A stretch of DNA of 64,000 nucleotides from Eledone cirrhosa (GCA_964016885.1 OZ024742.1:9734001-9798000); one strand, 5' to 3'. Positions 1-16,516 are shown, counted from the stretch's first letter. Notes: generated by a model from the sequence alone, not told the origin. Translations and numbers: made by a program.

Positions 1-56
<56 letters not shown>

Positions 57-84
57 CATATTTATATATATATACATACATATT

Positions 85-118
<34 letters not shown>

Positions 119-295
119 CATATATAATATATATATATATATACATATATATTTATATATATATATATATACATATATATAGATATATAGATATATATAT
201 ATATATATATTGTATGTGTATGTAGAATATATGTATATATATACATATAAATATATATTTGTGTGTATGTTCGCATGTGTGTGTATGTGTGTGAG
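1..295. repeat. (TA)n/(TG)n microsatellite tract
   Basis: Dinucleotide repeats are directly visible. Confidence 0.95.
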
Positions 296-990
296 TGGTC
301 TACCCATGAACTTATGTTGAAACTATGAACTATGTTCAAACTATAGGTGTCCTGTCACTATCTCGTTAATCATGTGAATGTCACGTGTTCGATCACCCAC
401 GGCCTTCGATTTCCTTATTTTTCTTTCATTAATTATGTGCAAACATTTAAGTAACTATTTCTTACTACAGCTGAGATAGTGTTTATCTTCATTTCGTAAA
501 TATAAATAATGCTGCAATCTTTACTTGAAACATTGAATTTATATATCTATTTAAATCACTGCTTAACTGCATCTTCTTTTTTCAAATTTATTATTAACTC
601 TTCGTACACAGAGCCGTAATCTATTATATGATTCTTAATGTTTGTCTCTGTGTGTCTGTTTCATTAAATACTGAATTTCCAAGGTTAAAACAATCAAAGA
701 GGGCCTAACTCAGTTGAGGAGAACATCGAAAAATAACATGAATGCTTTTTATTAAAAAATCATACGGACTACATTTTGTGGTTCCCTTTTTTTCCTTTCA
801 GTTGTTTGAGCAATCAAATAGCCTGGTCGTGATCATTTAATATTGTTATATGTAGAACATACAGACTATATGTTGTGTATAACATTTAATATAAACTGTA
901 GAATATTGGATATACTGTTTTTGTGTATTTTTACATATACATTACTATATCTATCTATCTATCTCGCTACATATCAATCTATCTATCTAT

Positions 991-2710
991 CAAGGTGAAC
1001 GGCTACCTCTCGGAGACGTCCCATATCATGCGATCCATCCGACAGTGATGCCCTCTCTCCTCCCTTCTGTTCGTACTGACTCTCGAGCCACTACTGCGGA
1101 AGTTGGAGCTATTGCAGGGCATCCTTTTGGAACCGGGACTGCGAAAAGCGGCGTCGGCCTACTCCGTCGACGTGACAGTAATGGTGTCGAGCACCTCGCA
1201 AATCGGGGAGCTCGGCACCTTACTGGAGGAATACGAAAGGTTCACAGGAGCGAAGCTGAACCGGGATAAATCCGTCGGTTTGCAACTCTTAACGTGTAGA
1301 GGCAGACTGATGCCTTCCGATGGCGTCGTCGGACGCTGGACGGAAGGACAGGTAAAGCTGCTCGGGGTCTGGTTTGGTCCGGATCTCCAGGTGGAGAATA
1401 ACTGGAACGAGGCGACGGCCAAGGTGTTTGCGCTAACCCAGAAGTGGGCCGAGTGCAAACTATACTTGAAAGGTAGAGCGGAGGTGGCGAACACTTTTAT
1501 AGCGTCTGTCATCTACTATCGCTTGATCCTCGTGCCTTGTCCAGCCAAACGGGCTCCTTTGGTCAGAAGATCCATCTGCTGCCAACACCCTTCAAACGGA
1601 GGGCTGGGGATGCCGTGGCTGACGATGCGCAAACACGCGCTCAGGCTGCGGCACCTCCATGTATTCCTCACCAGACAACCGATGTGGGCCCGGTTCGTGA
1701 GGCGAGCCTTCCCACGACTCGTCTCGCTGACCGAGTTGCAGTCCTGGGTCAAGCAAAGACCGAGGAAAATGGGCGACTGGCACATCGAATGTGCTCAGGC
1801 GCTCACAGTCCTCTGGCAAACGGAGCCGGCGATCAGTGGAGACTCCACTTCGACATTCTATAGAGGGTTGGTCCGCAGTTAGTGCAACGACACGCTCGGA
1901 GAAATTCTAAGCGTAGAGTAGGACGAACTGGCCAGTCTGTTGGGTAGGACCTTCCGCCCGGGACCAATGGACAACTTCCAAAAGTCCCTGGCCTGGCAGT
2001 GCTACCGAGGAGCTCTACCAGTTCGAGACACGGGCACCCGGCTAGGGACCCTTTGAAAAAGATCTGTCCGAGATGCGTGCGCGATGAGGAAACCGTCGCG
2101 CACGCATTTGTACACTGCCCGGGCGTTACCGACCTGTGGGGCTATGTAGAACGACTATTGTCGCGGGTGGGACCAATCCGGTTGACCACCGAGTCAATTG
2201 TCATGATTAAACCGCCACCCTCCTTCAAAAACGAGGGAGCGGCGGTTTTCCTATGTGTTATGGCTATGGTGAACGAGGTTATATGGTGGACGAGGTTAAA
2301 GGGGCTGAGGTCAGACACCTTTCTCTCCGGCGAGCAACTGATTCTTTTTTTCAAATATCATTTTGGAAGAAGAATCAGGATGGAGAGAGAGGTGATGTAC
2401 CCCAGCAAATTTTATAAAAGGTGGGTGAATGTGGAAAGGATGGCGCGAGTGGTTGGGCTTCTCTCTATATAAGCCTATAGGTTGCGGAAAAAGAGGAAGA
2501 GAGGAAGGGAGTACTCACTCTGGGTGCTCCTGGAGATGAGGGTTGTACATTTGTTCGGGTGTGTAGAACCCCTGTGTAACACCTCCCCCCTATTGGGGAT
2601 TTCAATTGTTGTTTGTTATTGTATTAATTGTTTTATTTTCATATACCTGTATGTAAACTCCCCATTTGTATTTCTCCCCTTCTTTTGTGACCTTTTTATG
2701 TATTTACTAG
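991..2710 (+). mobile_element. 5'-truncated, decayed Tx1/L1-type non-LTR retrotransposon (RT C-half, zf-RVT-like C-terminus, 3' UTR)
   Basis: Translations VNGYLSE..IRQ*CPLSPLLFVL, SAYSVDVTV (mutated YADD), FTGAKLNRDKS, LLGVWFG, GGLGMP and CPRC..DEETVAHAFVHC across ORFs 1103-1882 and 1999-2472. Stops and frameshifts are present. It starts right after a (TCTA)n tract. The 3' boundary is approximate. Confidence 0.9.
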
Positions 2711-3155
2711 ACGCTCTTGTATTATCTGTCACATATGCTCCACCAAAAGCTTTTAATTGTAATTTTGAATCTTATTGTACAATTATAGTATAACATAATA
2801 TATGTCGCATCCATCCCACACTGTTGTCCACAATATGTATCTGTATGACTCTTCATTAGAATAGGAGGTTGATTATATGTACAAACATTGTTAATAGTGC
2901 TCCGAAGACACCAAGCCTCGGCTTGGAAGAAACAATTGTCAGCAATTAAATGTTCTAACATAGCTTTGATTCTTGTGTATTCTATATTACTGCTCTGTAT
3001 AACAACTGATGTTCTTACATTGAGCTATTTATCTTAGTGGTAATAAGGTAGTAATACATTACTGACCTTCCCTGTTTATAGTTGTATATAGTATATACAT
3101 AACTATAAATAGTATCCTTAATATTATATATATAAATATATATATATATATAAAT

Positions 3156-3236
<81 letters not shown>

Positions 3237-3301
3237 CATATATATACTTATATATATATACATATATATATACATATACATATATACATATATATATATA
3301 T

Positions 3302-3485
3302 ATTGTTATACTTAGGGAGAGTCATATTGTTGTAATTATATTGCCAGAAATAATAACAGAACACATTCACTGTTTAGTTGGTTTTCGCTACTGTATATTT
3401 TATATCTCCGCAGTTAATTTATTTGGCAATCAACGTTTGTCATTGAATGGACAACAGTTAAAAATACAGATATAAATATATATAT
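3302..3485 (+). repeat. Dispersed repeat; diverged single copy of the arm of the 23.8-24.4 kb fold-back
   Basis: ttgttatactt..gtcatatt..atattgccagaa.taataacagaacaca.tca.tgttt.gttggttttcgct aligns by eye with 23808-23892. It is flanked by (TA)n. Confidence 0.75.
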
Positions 3486-3561
3486 ATAGTCTATCAATAT
3501 TCTTTCGTTCCACATATATATATATATTTATACACATACACGCACGCAAACGCACACACTA

Positions 3562-5960
<2,399 letters not shown>

Positions 5961-6438
5961 ACCTGCACATATCTGAATTTCAAACAGGATATGCATTCAT
6001 TCATGAATGTTGAGTGTACAGTATACTATATATCAGAAGCAATATAATACATTTACTAGTATATGTCGTAAGCCATATTCTCACAATCTTGGACTCCTTG
6101 TCATATTATATTCTATCGTCCACATATGTTTTCAAGTCTGTCTATGTCTCAGACTAACATAATTACCTTTGTCTAGCTGGGATTATTATTTTTCTTTTTA
6201 GACTCTGATATTTTATTCTTTGTTTCTTTGTTTTTTTTTATTATCGTCATTTTTTTTCGTGTGTGTTATTTTGTCTGTTTACTTGATGCTTTTTATTTTA
6301 TATTTTATGAATAACTTTTGATTTATAGATTGGTTAAGAGAAAGTGAGAGAGGTAACTTGAAATTGCATGTGTATAGTGGAGGAGATATAAATGTTTATA
6401 AGAGATACACACACGTCTACATATATATAAACATATAG

Positions 6439-6629
<191 letters not shown>

Positions 6630-6811
6630 CATTACAATGAATAATTAGAGATTTGAACAGGTACGACAATAACAAGAATATTTGTAAACAAACAATGTTT
6701 ATATACTCACACAAACCACACAATTTGTCTCCCATATATATATATATATATATATATATAAACACACACACACACACATATATGACGTGTTTTACTATAT
6801 ATATATACATT

Positions 6812-6857
<46 letters not shown>

Positions 6858-6859
<2 letters not shown>

Positions 6860-7020
6860 CTAAGGCGGGTAAAATTCCCGAGATCCATGGACGAGTTCTT
6901 TCCAGCGGTCTCTGTCCCTCATTATCGCTGCCATGTCCTGCGTCTCCAATAGACCAGTGTCTGTCCTTAGGGCATCAACATACGTTAACCTTGGTCTTCC
7001 TCTTCTAGTGTGTCCATGTT
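6858..7020 (-). mobile_element. 3' terminal fragment of an RTE-like LINE
   Basis: Minus strand reads HGHTRRGRPRLTYVDALRTDTGLLETQDMAAIMRDRDRWKELV, the RGRP..D..DR..W C-terminal signature. Confidence 0.7.
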
Positions 7021-7059
7021 ACTATATATACTGTATATAGATATATATATAGTAATAAT

Positions 7060-8600
7060 AAAAATTTTGAAGACTAAAATCCAAAGAGGGCTCCTAACCT
7101 TGCACATAACATCACAGCTTTAAATTTAGCTTAATTTAGCCGTAGGAACACGTGCAACCTGTAGTTAGTACTAACTGTAATTGTAGGAATCGGGCTGATT
7201 GCCCCCTATCCGGGAAATGCCTCTCTAGTAACATTGTCTACAAATGTAAGGTTGAAACACCCACGTCCCGTAGGGCCTACATAGGGTTAACCGACAATAG
7301 ATACAAGCAGCGTCTTTACATGCATACCCATTCTTTTTGTTACCCTCTAAGAAGGAATATGACGTCACTTTCAGCTTATATCTGGAGTCTAAAAGACAAC
7401 CACACCCAATATAAGTTACACTGGGAGATCCTAGCTAGGGCTAGATCGTATAACGAAAATAAAAGACCATGTGACCTCTGCGCCGCTGAGGCCCTGGAAA
7501 TACTCTACGTCACAGACCACATCTTAAACAAAAATTCTGAGGCAATTTCGGCTTGTAAACATAAATTGCACAAAACTTTCCTGTATTACAGCCCCACATT
7601 ACACCCTAACAGATAGTACGATCTATACGCGGATATTTTACGTCTTGATGTGGTAGCTAAGTATATGTTATTTTTATACCATTACTTATTTGCATAGGTA
7701 AGTATATATTACCTGTATGTTTTGTGAAGGTACGTATACTTTCTCGTACGTATATTTAATTGTATATGTTATGGCGTATATTTTATATATTCTGGTACAT
7801 ATGCTTTTGGTTATGTGTATACGTGAGTTTTGCGTCTGTGTGAGTATGCGGGTTCGTACGTATGTAGGGTGTGTGTATATGTGTACTTCGTGATATGGTT
7901 GACGTACGTCTCCGAACATTTGTGTATTTACAAGTAGGTATGTGTGTGCGCTTGTTATATACGTATTTATTTATATACGTTTATTTAATTATTTGTATAC
8001 ACGCACACGCACATATTTATATGTGCGTGTATTTGTATACCTATGGCGAGTGTTTTCGCGTATGTTTCTGTATGTACGAATTTGTATGCGTGTATGTATT
8101 TATTTAATTTCAATTACCTCTGTATTTTATTTACTTTAGTCTTAACTCTGAAAGGTAGAATCATTCGGTTTCCTAGTTAGAATTTTAGTCTACGACTTCA
8201 GTTATACCTTTTACGTGGTTTTGTCTTTGCGTGCAATTGTTCTCCACGATCCACATATGATGTATTATCTACGTGTTTTTCGTTCATTGCCAGAGAACGT
8301 CTCTATGAACCACCTAAGAGAATATTAGTCTACGACTTCTTTTATACTATAAACGTGGTTCTGTCTTTGCGTGTAATTGTTTTTCACTGCTCCAAATAAT
8401 GACGTATTATATTCGTTTTTTCCTGTTCTTTGCCAGGGAACGTTACCACGAACCAAAGTATCGCCTTCCTGTCTTCCTCCGGTTGCAACGTTTTTTGAAA
8501 TATTCACTTCTGCGCTTACAGATAGACTTTGTTAGTTTCAGATGATCCCGTTAAGGGTGAAAGCAGCGATTCTTTGCTTAAACATGAATCTGTTATTTTA
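7060..8600 (+). mobile_element. Penelope-like element remnant (GIY-YIG ORF plus long 3' region)
   Basis: Contains the GIY-YIG ORF. Its 3' region (7530-8530) is homologous to the inverted copy at 19097-20210. There is an internal ~140-bp tandem duplication at 8186-8450. Confidence 0.7.
7152..7616 (+). pseudogene. GIY-YIG endonuclease domain of a Penelope-like retroelement (5'-truncated)
   Basis: CNC..CPLSGKCL..NIVYKC..AYIGLT..YKQRLYMH..SF..LSAYIW.LK..WEIL..CDLC..E..I..LNKNSE..CKH is typical of PLE GIY-YIG C-termini. Confidence 0.85.
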
Positions 8601-8624
8601 ATAAATATATATATATATTTATTA

Positions 8625-8833
8625 TGAAATCATATCCGCTCTCTTGCTCTGGAACCCTGACTCCAGCCTGACTAGAAGTAGGAAGCTGTCATTCCCTGAC
8701 GTTATCTCTAGGGATACGGGAATCAGCAGACAGGACCTGGGGGCAGCGATGGGGGACAGGGGATTCTGGGGCATGAGAGTGAGATCCATCATCTCGACAG
8801 TAGTCGACGAGTGATGATGATGATGATGATGAT
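8625..8833 (+). mobile_element. 3' fragment of a LINE (RTE-like) with (TGA)n tail
   Basis: Reads IISALLLWNP..RSRKLSFPDVISRDTGISRQDLGAAMGDRGFW..E*, followed by (TGA)n. Confidence 0.65.
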
Positions 8834-9537
8834 ATATATATATATATATATAAAATGCTCTACAAGTTTTCCTGTCGGTAGAGGCACCAACCAAATGTTA
8901 TGTCTGTATTCCGCCAATTCTTTGTAAACATATTTTCTGTTGGACAAACATGCCGACAGATAAGTAACTTGTGGTTCAATTCTTGAATTTTGAAACCACC
9001 TTTCTTTATATGGCAGTTTTAAATAATGTATCGCGTAGACGAGTTTTCAGCTTATATAAAGATTGTAATACGTACAGGAAATTTAATGAAACACTCAACG
9101 TATGTATTGCGTTATGGCGAAAAATACACCCCGAAAATCCAGAGTACAGGAACGAAAGTGACAGTACGTTGTGGTCACTCAGTCTCTTATTAATAAAATA
9201 CAATTGTCCCCTAAAACCATCCCCTACCCACTTTGATATATTTTATTAATATTTATTCAGAAAAGGAATGGCAGTGATCTTGTCACTTTTATTAATCAAC
9301 TACTCTGAAAATGTTTAGACGAAACCGAACTCTCGTACAATTATTTGCAACAAAGCAAACTATGAAAGAAACACTCATATACGAAAAGGAACTGTTAAAC
9401 CGGGTAACTGATTAAATTTACAACTCGAAAAACTGAGAAGGCAAAGAGACAGACCAAATAACAAAATATCTTGTCTCCTGCTCTAATATTTCTGTTAATT
9501 CAAACCATTGATTTCTTACTTTCTATTATTAAATTGT

Positions 9538-9724
9538 TGTGAATTGGCAGTATCGATAGAAGGTCGGACGCCATGCTTTGCAGCACAGTTACGTCCCTTT
9601 ACGGACTGAGTTCAAATCCCGCCGAGGTTAACTTTGTCTTTCATCCTTACAGGGGTCGATAAAATAAAGTACCAGTAATGCACTGGCTAATTGCTGGCCT
9701 TGTGCCAAAAGTAGAAACAATTAT
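9538..9724 (+). mobile_element. tRNA-like SINE
   Basis: A-box-like TGGCAGTATCG, B-box GAGTTCAAATCCC, core ggggtcgataaaataaagtaccag and tail ggccttgtgccaaaagtagaaacaatta. Many copies occur in the window. Confidence 0.85.
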
Positions 9725-9751
9725 ATTGTTTGGGGAGGGGATTGGCAGTAA

Positions 9752-9952
9752 GGCGGTGGATTGGCAGTATCGGTAGAGGGTTGGACGCCATGCTTTCTAG
9801 TATAGTTACGTCCCTTTACGATCTGAGTTCAAATCCCGTCGAGGTTAACTTTGCCTTTCATCATTACGGGGTCGATAAAATAAAGAAATAAAGCACCAGT
9901 AATACACTGGGATAATTGTTGGCCTTGAACCAAAAGTAGAAACAATTATTAT
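9752..9952 (+). mobile_element. tRNA-like SINE (tandem second copy)
   Basis: Same motifs, with the full head ggcggtggattggcagtatcgg. Confidence 0.85.
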
Positions 9953-10245
9953 TATTTTGTAAGTAGGTGTAGCCTGAGTGAGATGAAGAAATGTTCTGTG
10001 AATTACAAAGTAGAAACAAATGTGTTCAGTGAGCTGAAAAACTAGGTGTAGAATAACAACATTGAATCTAGTAATTATTCACTGTGACCGAATATTGCAT
10101 TGCTTCCACAACTCATTAAAGGCCTTCATTACATTAAAGGAGAAAAGAAGTGTGTATACTCAGCTGTATGAATGTATATCTATGTATGTGTGAGCGTGTA
10201 TTGTATATGTATGTATATATATATACTATATACCACACACTCACG

Positions 10246-10347
<102 letters not shown>

Positions 10348-10589
10348 CGTGTGTGTGATTGTGTCTATATATTTGTGTGTATGTTTGGATATGTATATGT
10401 ATATATATATATATACAGAGGGAGAGAGAGAGAGAGAGAGAAGTATGCAATGATACATGTTAAAACAAATATTTACAACATCACAAAAGTAACCTTGAAG
10501 ATGAACCTTTGAAATACGTGTTTAACCAGAAAACATTTTCATACACCGAGTATTTAGACCGTCTCTATAGGTTTATTGAACAGACTTCA

Positions 10590-12617
10590 ACTAATACTCT
10601 ATAGGAAAGGATGCCTTGTGATCGCATTACTAAAACATAACATACTTTATAGGTAAGGATGTGTTGTGACAGCATTTTTAAAACATAACATACTTTATAT
10701 GTAAGGATGTGTTGTGACAGCATTACTACTACATAACAAACTTTATAGGTAAGGATGTGTTGTGACAGCATTAATACAACATAACACACTTTATATGTAA
10801 GGATGTGTTGAGACAGCATTACTAAAACATAATATACTTTATAATTAAGGAGGCCTTGTGACAGCATTACTACAACCTAACATACTTTATAGGTAAGGAG
10901 GCCTTATGACAGCATTACTACAACCTAACATACTTTATAGGTAAGGATGTGGTGTGACAGCATTACTAAAACATAACATACATTATAGGTAAGGATGTGG
11001 TGTGACAGCATTACTAAAACATAATTTACTTGATAGGTAAGGGGGTCTTGTGACAGCATTACTACAACATAATATACTTTATAGGTAAGGATGTGTTGTG
11101 ACAGCATTACTAAAACATAACATACTTTATAGGTAAGGAGACCTTGTGACAGCATTACTACAACATAACATACTTTATAGGTAAGGAGGCCTTGTGACAG
11201 CATTACTAAAAGATAATATACTTTATAGGTAAGGAGGCCTTGTGACAGCATTACTACAACATAAAATACTGTATAGGTAAGGATGTGTTTTGACAGCATT
11301 ACTACAACATAACACACTTTATAGGTAAGGAGGCCTTGTGACAGCATTACTACAACATAACATACTTTATAGGTAAGTATAAGTTGTGACAGCATTACTA
11401 AACCATAACACACTTTATAGGTAAGTATGTGTTGTGACAGCATCACTACAACATAACATACATTATAGGTAAGGCGAACTTGTGACAGCATTACTACAAC
11501 ATAACATACTTTATAGGTAACGAGGCCTTGTGACAGCATTACTAAAATATAACATACTTTATAGGTAAGGATCTGTTGTGACAGCATTTCTAAAACATAA
11601 CATACTTTATAGGTAAGGAGACATTGTGACAGCATTACTACAACTTAACATACTTTATAGGTAAGGAGACCTTGTGACAGCATTACTAAAACATAACATA
11701 CTTTATAGGTAAGGAGACCTTGTGACAGCATTACTAAAACATAACTCACTTTATAGGTAAGTATGTGTGTGACAGCATTACTACAACATTATATACATTA
11801 TAGGTAAGGATGTGTTGTGACAGGATTACTAAAACATCATGTACTTTATAGTTAAGGAGGCCTTGTGACAGCAGTACTACAACATAACATACTTTATAGG
11901 TAAGGAGATCTTGTGACAGCTTTACTAAAACATAACATACTTTATAATTAAGGAGGCCTTGTGACAGCATTACTAAAACATAATATACTTTATAATTAAG
12001 GAGGCCTTGTGACAGCATTACTACAACATAACATACTTTATAGGTAAGGAGGCCTTGTGACAGCATTACTAAAACATAACATACTTTATAGTTAAGGAGG
12101 CCTTGTGACAGCATTACTAAAACATAACATACTTTATAGGTAAGGAGGCCTTGTGACAGCATTACTAAAACATAACATACTTTATAGTTAAGGAGGCCTT
12201 GTGACAGCATTACTAAAAGATAACATACTTTATATGTAAGGATGTGTTGTGACAGCATTACTAAAAGATAACATACTTTATAGTTAAGGAGGCCTTGTGA
12301 CAGCATTACTAAAACATAACATACTTTATAGGTAACGAGGCCTTGTGACAGCATTACTAAAACATAACATACTTTATAGTTAAGGAGATCTTGTGACAGC
12401 ATTACTAAAACATAACATACTCTATAGGTAAGTAGGCCTTGTGACAGCATTACTAAAACATAACATACTTCATAGGTAAGTAGGCCTTGTGACAGCATTA
12501 CTAAAACATAACATACTCTATAGGTAAGTAGGCCTTGTGACAGCATTACTAAAACATAACATACTTCATAGGTAACGAGGCCTTGTGACAGCATTACTAC
12601 AACATAACATACTTTCA
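10590..12617. repeat. 48-bp minisatellite, about 42 copies
   Basis: Unit gacagcattactaaaacataacatactttataggtaaggaggccttgt. The minus-strand ORFs show 16-aa periodicity. Confidence 0.95.
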
Positions 12618-12780
12618 ACTTTCACACTTTCTCGTGGCATCGTCAGAAAATGTATTCCTCGACTGTATATAATTATAGCTACATATCTGTGTTATTGCTT
12701 ACGTTTCACCAATATCTTGACATAATATTTCTCTTTTGCACTCGTACATTTGTATGTCATTGGTATAAGGTTTGTGGTTG

Positions 12781-12960
12781 TACCCTTGGCAGTGGAGACT
12801 TCTGGTGTCCTCGACCCCAGGGCTACCTCCCTACTCACCACCATAGGCACTGAGCTGGCCAGCCGCAGGTGTGAGCCTCACTAGCTGGAGTGGCTTTTTC
12901 AGCGCGTCCTCCGGGGAAACGCCTTCTCCCTTCTGTCCGCCGGGGCTGTGGGGAGGCCAC
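12781..12960 (+). mobile_element. C-terminal fragment of a CRE-like (restriction-like endonuclease) non-LTR retrotransposon
   Basis: PLAVETSGVL..A..L..IG..L..*LEWLFQRV-LRGNA..LLS matches the P..VET.G...QR.S...RGNA RLE motif. Confidence 0.7.
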
Positions 12961-13220
12961 CAATATGATTGACTGACTTGTCATTTCATCAGTCAAATAT
13001 TATTATATTGATAGTTTTCCAATGTTTATAGAAATAGGAAGACTGATTTTCACTGCCAACTTACTTAGCATTGGAGTAGTACCGAAATCTTTTGTGATTC
13101 TGATGATATTACTGGTAGATATAAGCTAGAATCTAAGCTGGAAGTCCCGTGTTGTAAAGAGTGATGTTTATCACTCTGCCCTTTGGATATATTCAAGAAT
13201 CTAGTTCTCCAGTGCATTCA

Positions 13221-13375
13221 TGTAATAGTACAGTGTTGTAATAGTACAGTGTTGTAATAGTACAGTGTTGTAATAGTACAGTGTTGTAATAGTACAGTGT
13301 TGTAATAGTACAGTGTTGTAATAGTACAGTGTTGTAATAGTACAGTGTTGTAATAGTACAGTGTTGTAATAGTAC
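13221..13375. repeat. 16-bp minisatellite (gtaatagtacagtgtt), about 9.5 copies
   Basis: Directly visible; cattcatg lies on both sides. Confidence 0.95.
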
Positions 13376-13641
13376 ATTCATGAATAGATATTGATATGGT
13401 TTCATTTAAATACTGGGTAATCGGCACCACACACTCACACACACACACACAAACACACATATACACACAAACACACAGATAAGCACTCACACATATATAT
13501 ATATATATTAAATAGGGTGGATTCAGTTTAAAACCAGTTAGACCATTACTCACCAGAGTACTCAATACTTGGGGTATTAGAGTATGGGTATATCGTAAAG
13601 AGACAGGACCCCAACAGCTGAGCTCTTGCCGTTTCACGAGC

Positions 13642-13797
<156 letters not shown>

Positions 13798-13824
13798 TAT
13801 GTATATATATATATATATATGTAT

Positions 13825-14035
13825 GTATGTAAAAGGTGAATAACAACACAATCTCTATGGAAGGGATATATTAGGTTAACGCTTGATATAGCAGGAAGAG
13901 GGTCTTAACGTTTCGGAAGCTAGTCCTTCATCAGAAGAAAGAATGAGAAATAAGATAGATTGAGGGGACGGGCGGGTTGGAATTGGAAAAAATGTCTTTA
14001 TATGAAAATAACAGGTTCATTGGTGTTGGGGAAAG
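13825..14035 (-). mobile_element. Penelope pLTR-like non-coding repeat, family A copy 1
   Basis: Closely similar to 35445-35650, carries a hammerhead motif and abuts (TA)n. Confidence 0.65.
13903..13938 (-). ncRNA. Minimal type-I hammerhead ribozyme motif
   Basis: tctt-CTGATGA-a-gga(ctagct)tcc-GAAA-cgt-t-aaga. Stem I is tctt/aaga, stem II is short and stem III is the palindrome AACGTT. Confidence 0.65.
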
Positions 14036-14114
14036 GGAATGTGATCGAATAACTCTAAACAATAACCGAACCTTCTTGGTGAAAGGTTGAGATCCATCTA
14101 AAATGTAATAACTA

Positions 14115-14495
14115 ATAATTGTTTCTACTTTAGGCACAAGGCCAGCAATTAACCAGTGCATTACTGGTACTTTATTTCATCGACCCCGTAAGGATGAAAG
14201 GCAAAGTCAACTCCTGCGGGATTTGAACTCAGATCATAAAGGGCCGTAACTCTTTGCTGCAAAGCATGGCGTCCGACCCTCTACCGATAAAGTATGTAAA
14301 AGGGCTGTGGATTGACAGAATCGGTAGAGCGCCGGATGACCTGCTCTGTAGCACATAGTCATGCTCCATTATGTTCTGAGTTGAAATCTTGCCAAGGTTA
14401 GCTTTGTATTTGAACTCAGATCGTAAAGGGACGTAACCCCATGCTTCAAAGCATGGCGTCCGTCCCTCTACCGATACTGCCAATCCAATGCCCTT
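14115..14495. mobile_element. Cluster of SINE pieces (minus copy, diverged plus copy, minus head fragment)
   Basis: SINE motifs on both strands. Confidence 0.8.
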
Positions 14496-14964
14496 TAATA
14501 ACTAATAATAGATGAAAGAATCAATGATAAACAGAAAGTAGCACACACACCCCTCTATCTCTCTCTCTCCCTCTCCCTCTCTCCCCCTCTCTCTCTATCC
14601 CCCCCTCTCTCTCTCTCTCTCTCTCTTTCATTTGCAAAGTGACAAAAACACGAATCCACACAAACCGCACTCACACAGAAATACAGGGAGATGTACACAC
14701 GCCTATCTCTGTGTATATTGAACAATAATTATAATATGAAGGGTGGTGGTGGTGAAGGAAAGGGTGGTGGTGGTGAAGGAAGTAGTGTAAGCGTGTATTA
14801 GTTGTTTTATTTACACAATCTGGCGTGTCAACGTTATTTGCATGAATTGTTTAAAAGTGAATTGTATCGTTGAAGATAAACAACATAATATATGAAATAT
14901 TTACTTAACACTAGCTGTTACACGTATACGATCACAAGGGCATATTTATATATATATATACATA

Positions 14965-15016
<52 letters not shown>

Positions 15017-15151
15017 TATTAAATATATATATTACATATATAAGTCCATGTGTATTGTACATGTATATATTTATACACACACACACACACATATATGTAC
15101 ATATATACGTACATACATATATATGTGTGCCTGCGTGTGTGTGTGTTTGTT

Positions 15152-15254
<103 letters not shown>

Positions 15255-15791
15255 AAATATGATAGTGAACAGGTAAAAATAATATAAGTATACTTGTATA
15301 TAAAGACTAAAATAAAGTGTGTGGGAGGCGCGGTGAGAAATATATACATATATAATTTTCAGTCGTCCAACTTTGAAAAAAATGTCCGTTTGTTTGAATA
15401 GAGGGATTGTAAGAGAGTTTTAGTGTGCACGTATTTTTGAACTATTTAAATAAATCAATATTAGTGAAAATTAGTGAGGCGTGTGTGTATGTGTATAGTG
15501 TCTATTGCCTCCTTGATTTTGTATGCCTGTGTGTAAGTATATGTATGTTGAGTGTATGTGCGCGTCCATGCGCATACCCTTATATATGTTTACATGAGTG
15601 TATATATCTATATGATGGATAAAATTAAATGTTTGTGTATATTAACTTTCTTTATTTAAGTACTGTTGATATATTTATATATGATATATCACAGTGATTT
15701 ATCAATATATAAATAAATAAAGTGAATATATGCATACATTTATGCATCAAGTCATGCATATTATACACACACGAACACACACACACACACA

Positions 15792-15852
<61 letters not shown>

Positions 15853-16052
15853 GTGAATATCACGGTAGAGTGGATCATATTGGAGGTGGAAGTAACAGAA
15901 TGCCCTTCTGAGACCTCAACTTAACTACACATATATAATGCAGAATCACATTCATCTAATAGAGAGATCGATAAAGAATTCATTTCTTTGTTGTATCACC
16001 TCGAAAACCTTAAATGAGTTTGCTAGTAAATCTCACATTAACAGGTTTAAAT

Positions 16053-16460
16053 ATAATTGTTTCTACTTTTAGCACAAGGCCAGCAATTAATCTAGTACAT
16101 TACTGGTACTTTATTTTATCGACCCCTTAAGGATGAAAGGCTAAGTCAACTCCGGCGGGATTTTAACTCAGATCATTTTGAACTCAGATCATAAAGGGCC
16201 GTAACGCTTTGCTGCAAAGCATGGCGTCCGACCCTCTACCGATAAAGTATGTAAAAGGGCTGTGGATTGACAGAATCGGTAGAGCGCCGGATGACCTGCT
16301 CTGTAGCACATAGTAATGCTCCTTTATGTTTTGAGTTGAAATCTTGCCAAGGTTAGCTTTGTATTTGATCCTTACGGTGATCGTCAAAATAGAGTACCAG
16401 TAATGCCCTGGGTCGATTTAATCGACTTCCTCCTTCCCCCCACATCGTTGACCTTGTGTT
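16053..16460. mobile_element. Head-to-head SINE pair, duplicate of the 14.1-14.4 kb block
   Basis: The junction ctaccgataaagtatgtaaaagggctgtggattgacagaatcgg is identical to the one at about 14281-14322. Confidence 0.8.
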
Positions 16461-16516
16461 TCTCACTCTAAATACTGCTTTATGAAGGAGTAATTCTCAC
16501 CTGGAATGTTTGTGAT

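Noticed and set aside
2722-2961. 79-aa minus-strand ORF in unique-looking sequence
   Set aside because: It has no recognisable domain or splice donor.
9538-9952. tRNA genes suggested by A/B boxes
   Set aside because: No cloverleaf forms; these are heads of a multi-copy SINE.
10590-12617. Regular repeat array superficially like CRISPR or a repeat protein
   Set aside because: There are no unique spacers or cas genes, the context is eukaryotic, and the frames are interrupted by stops.
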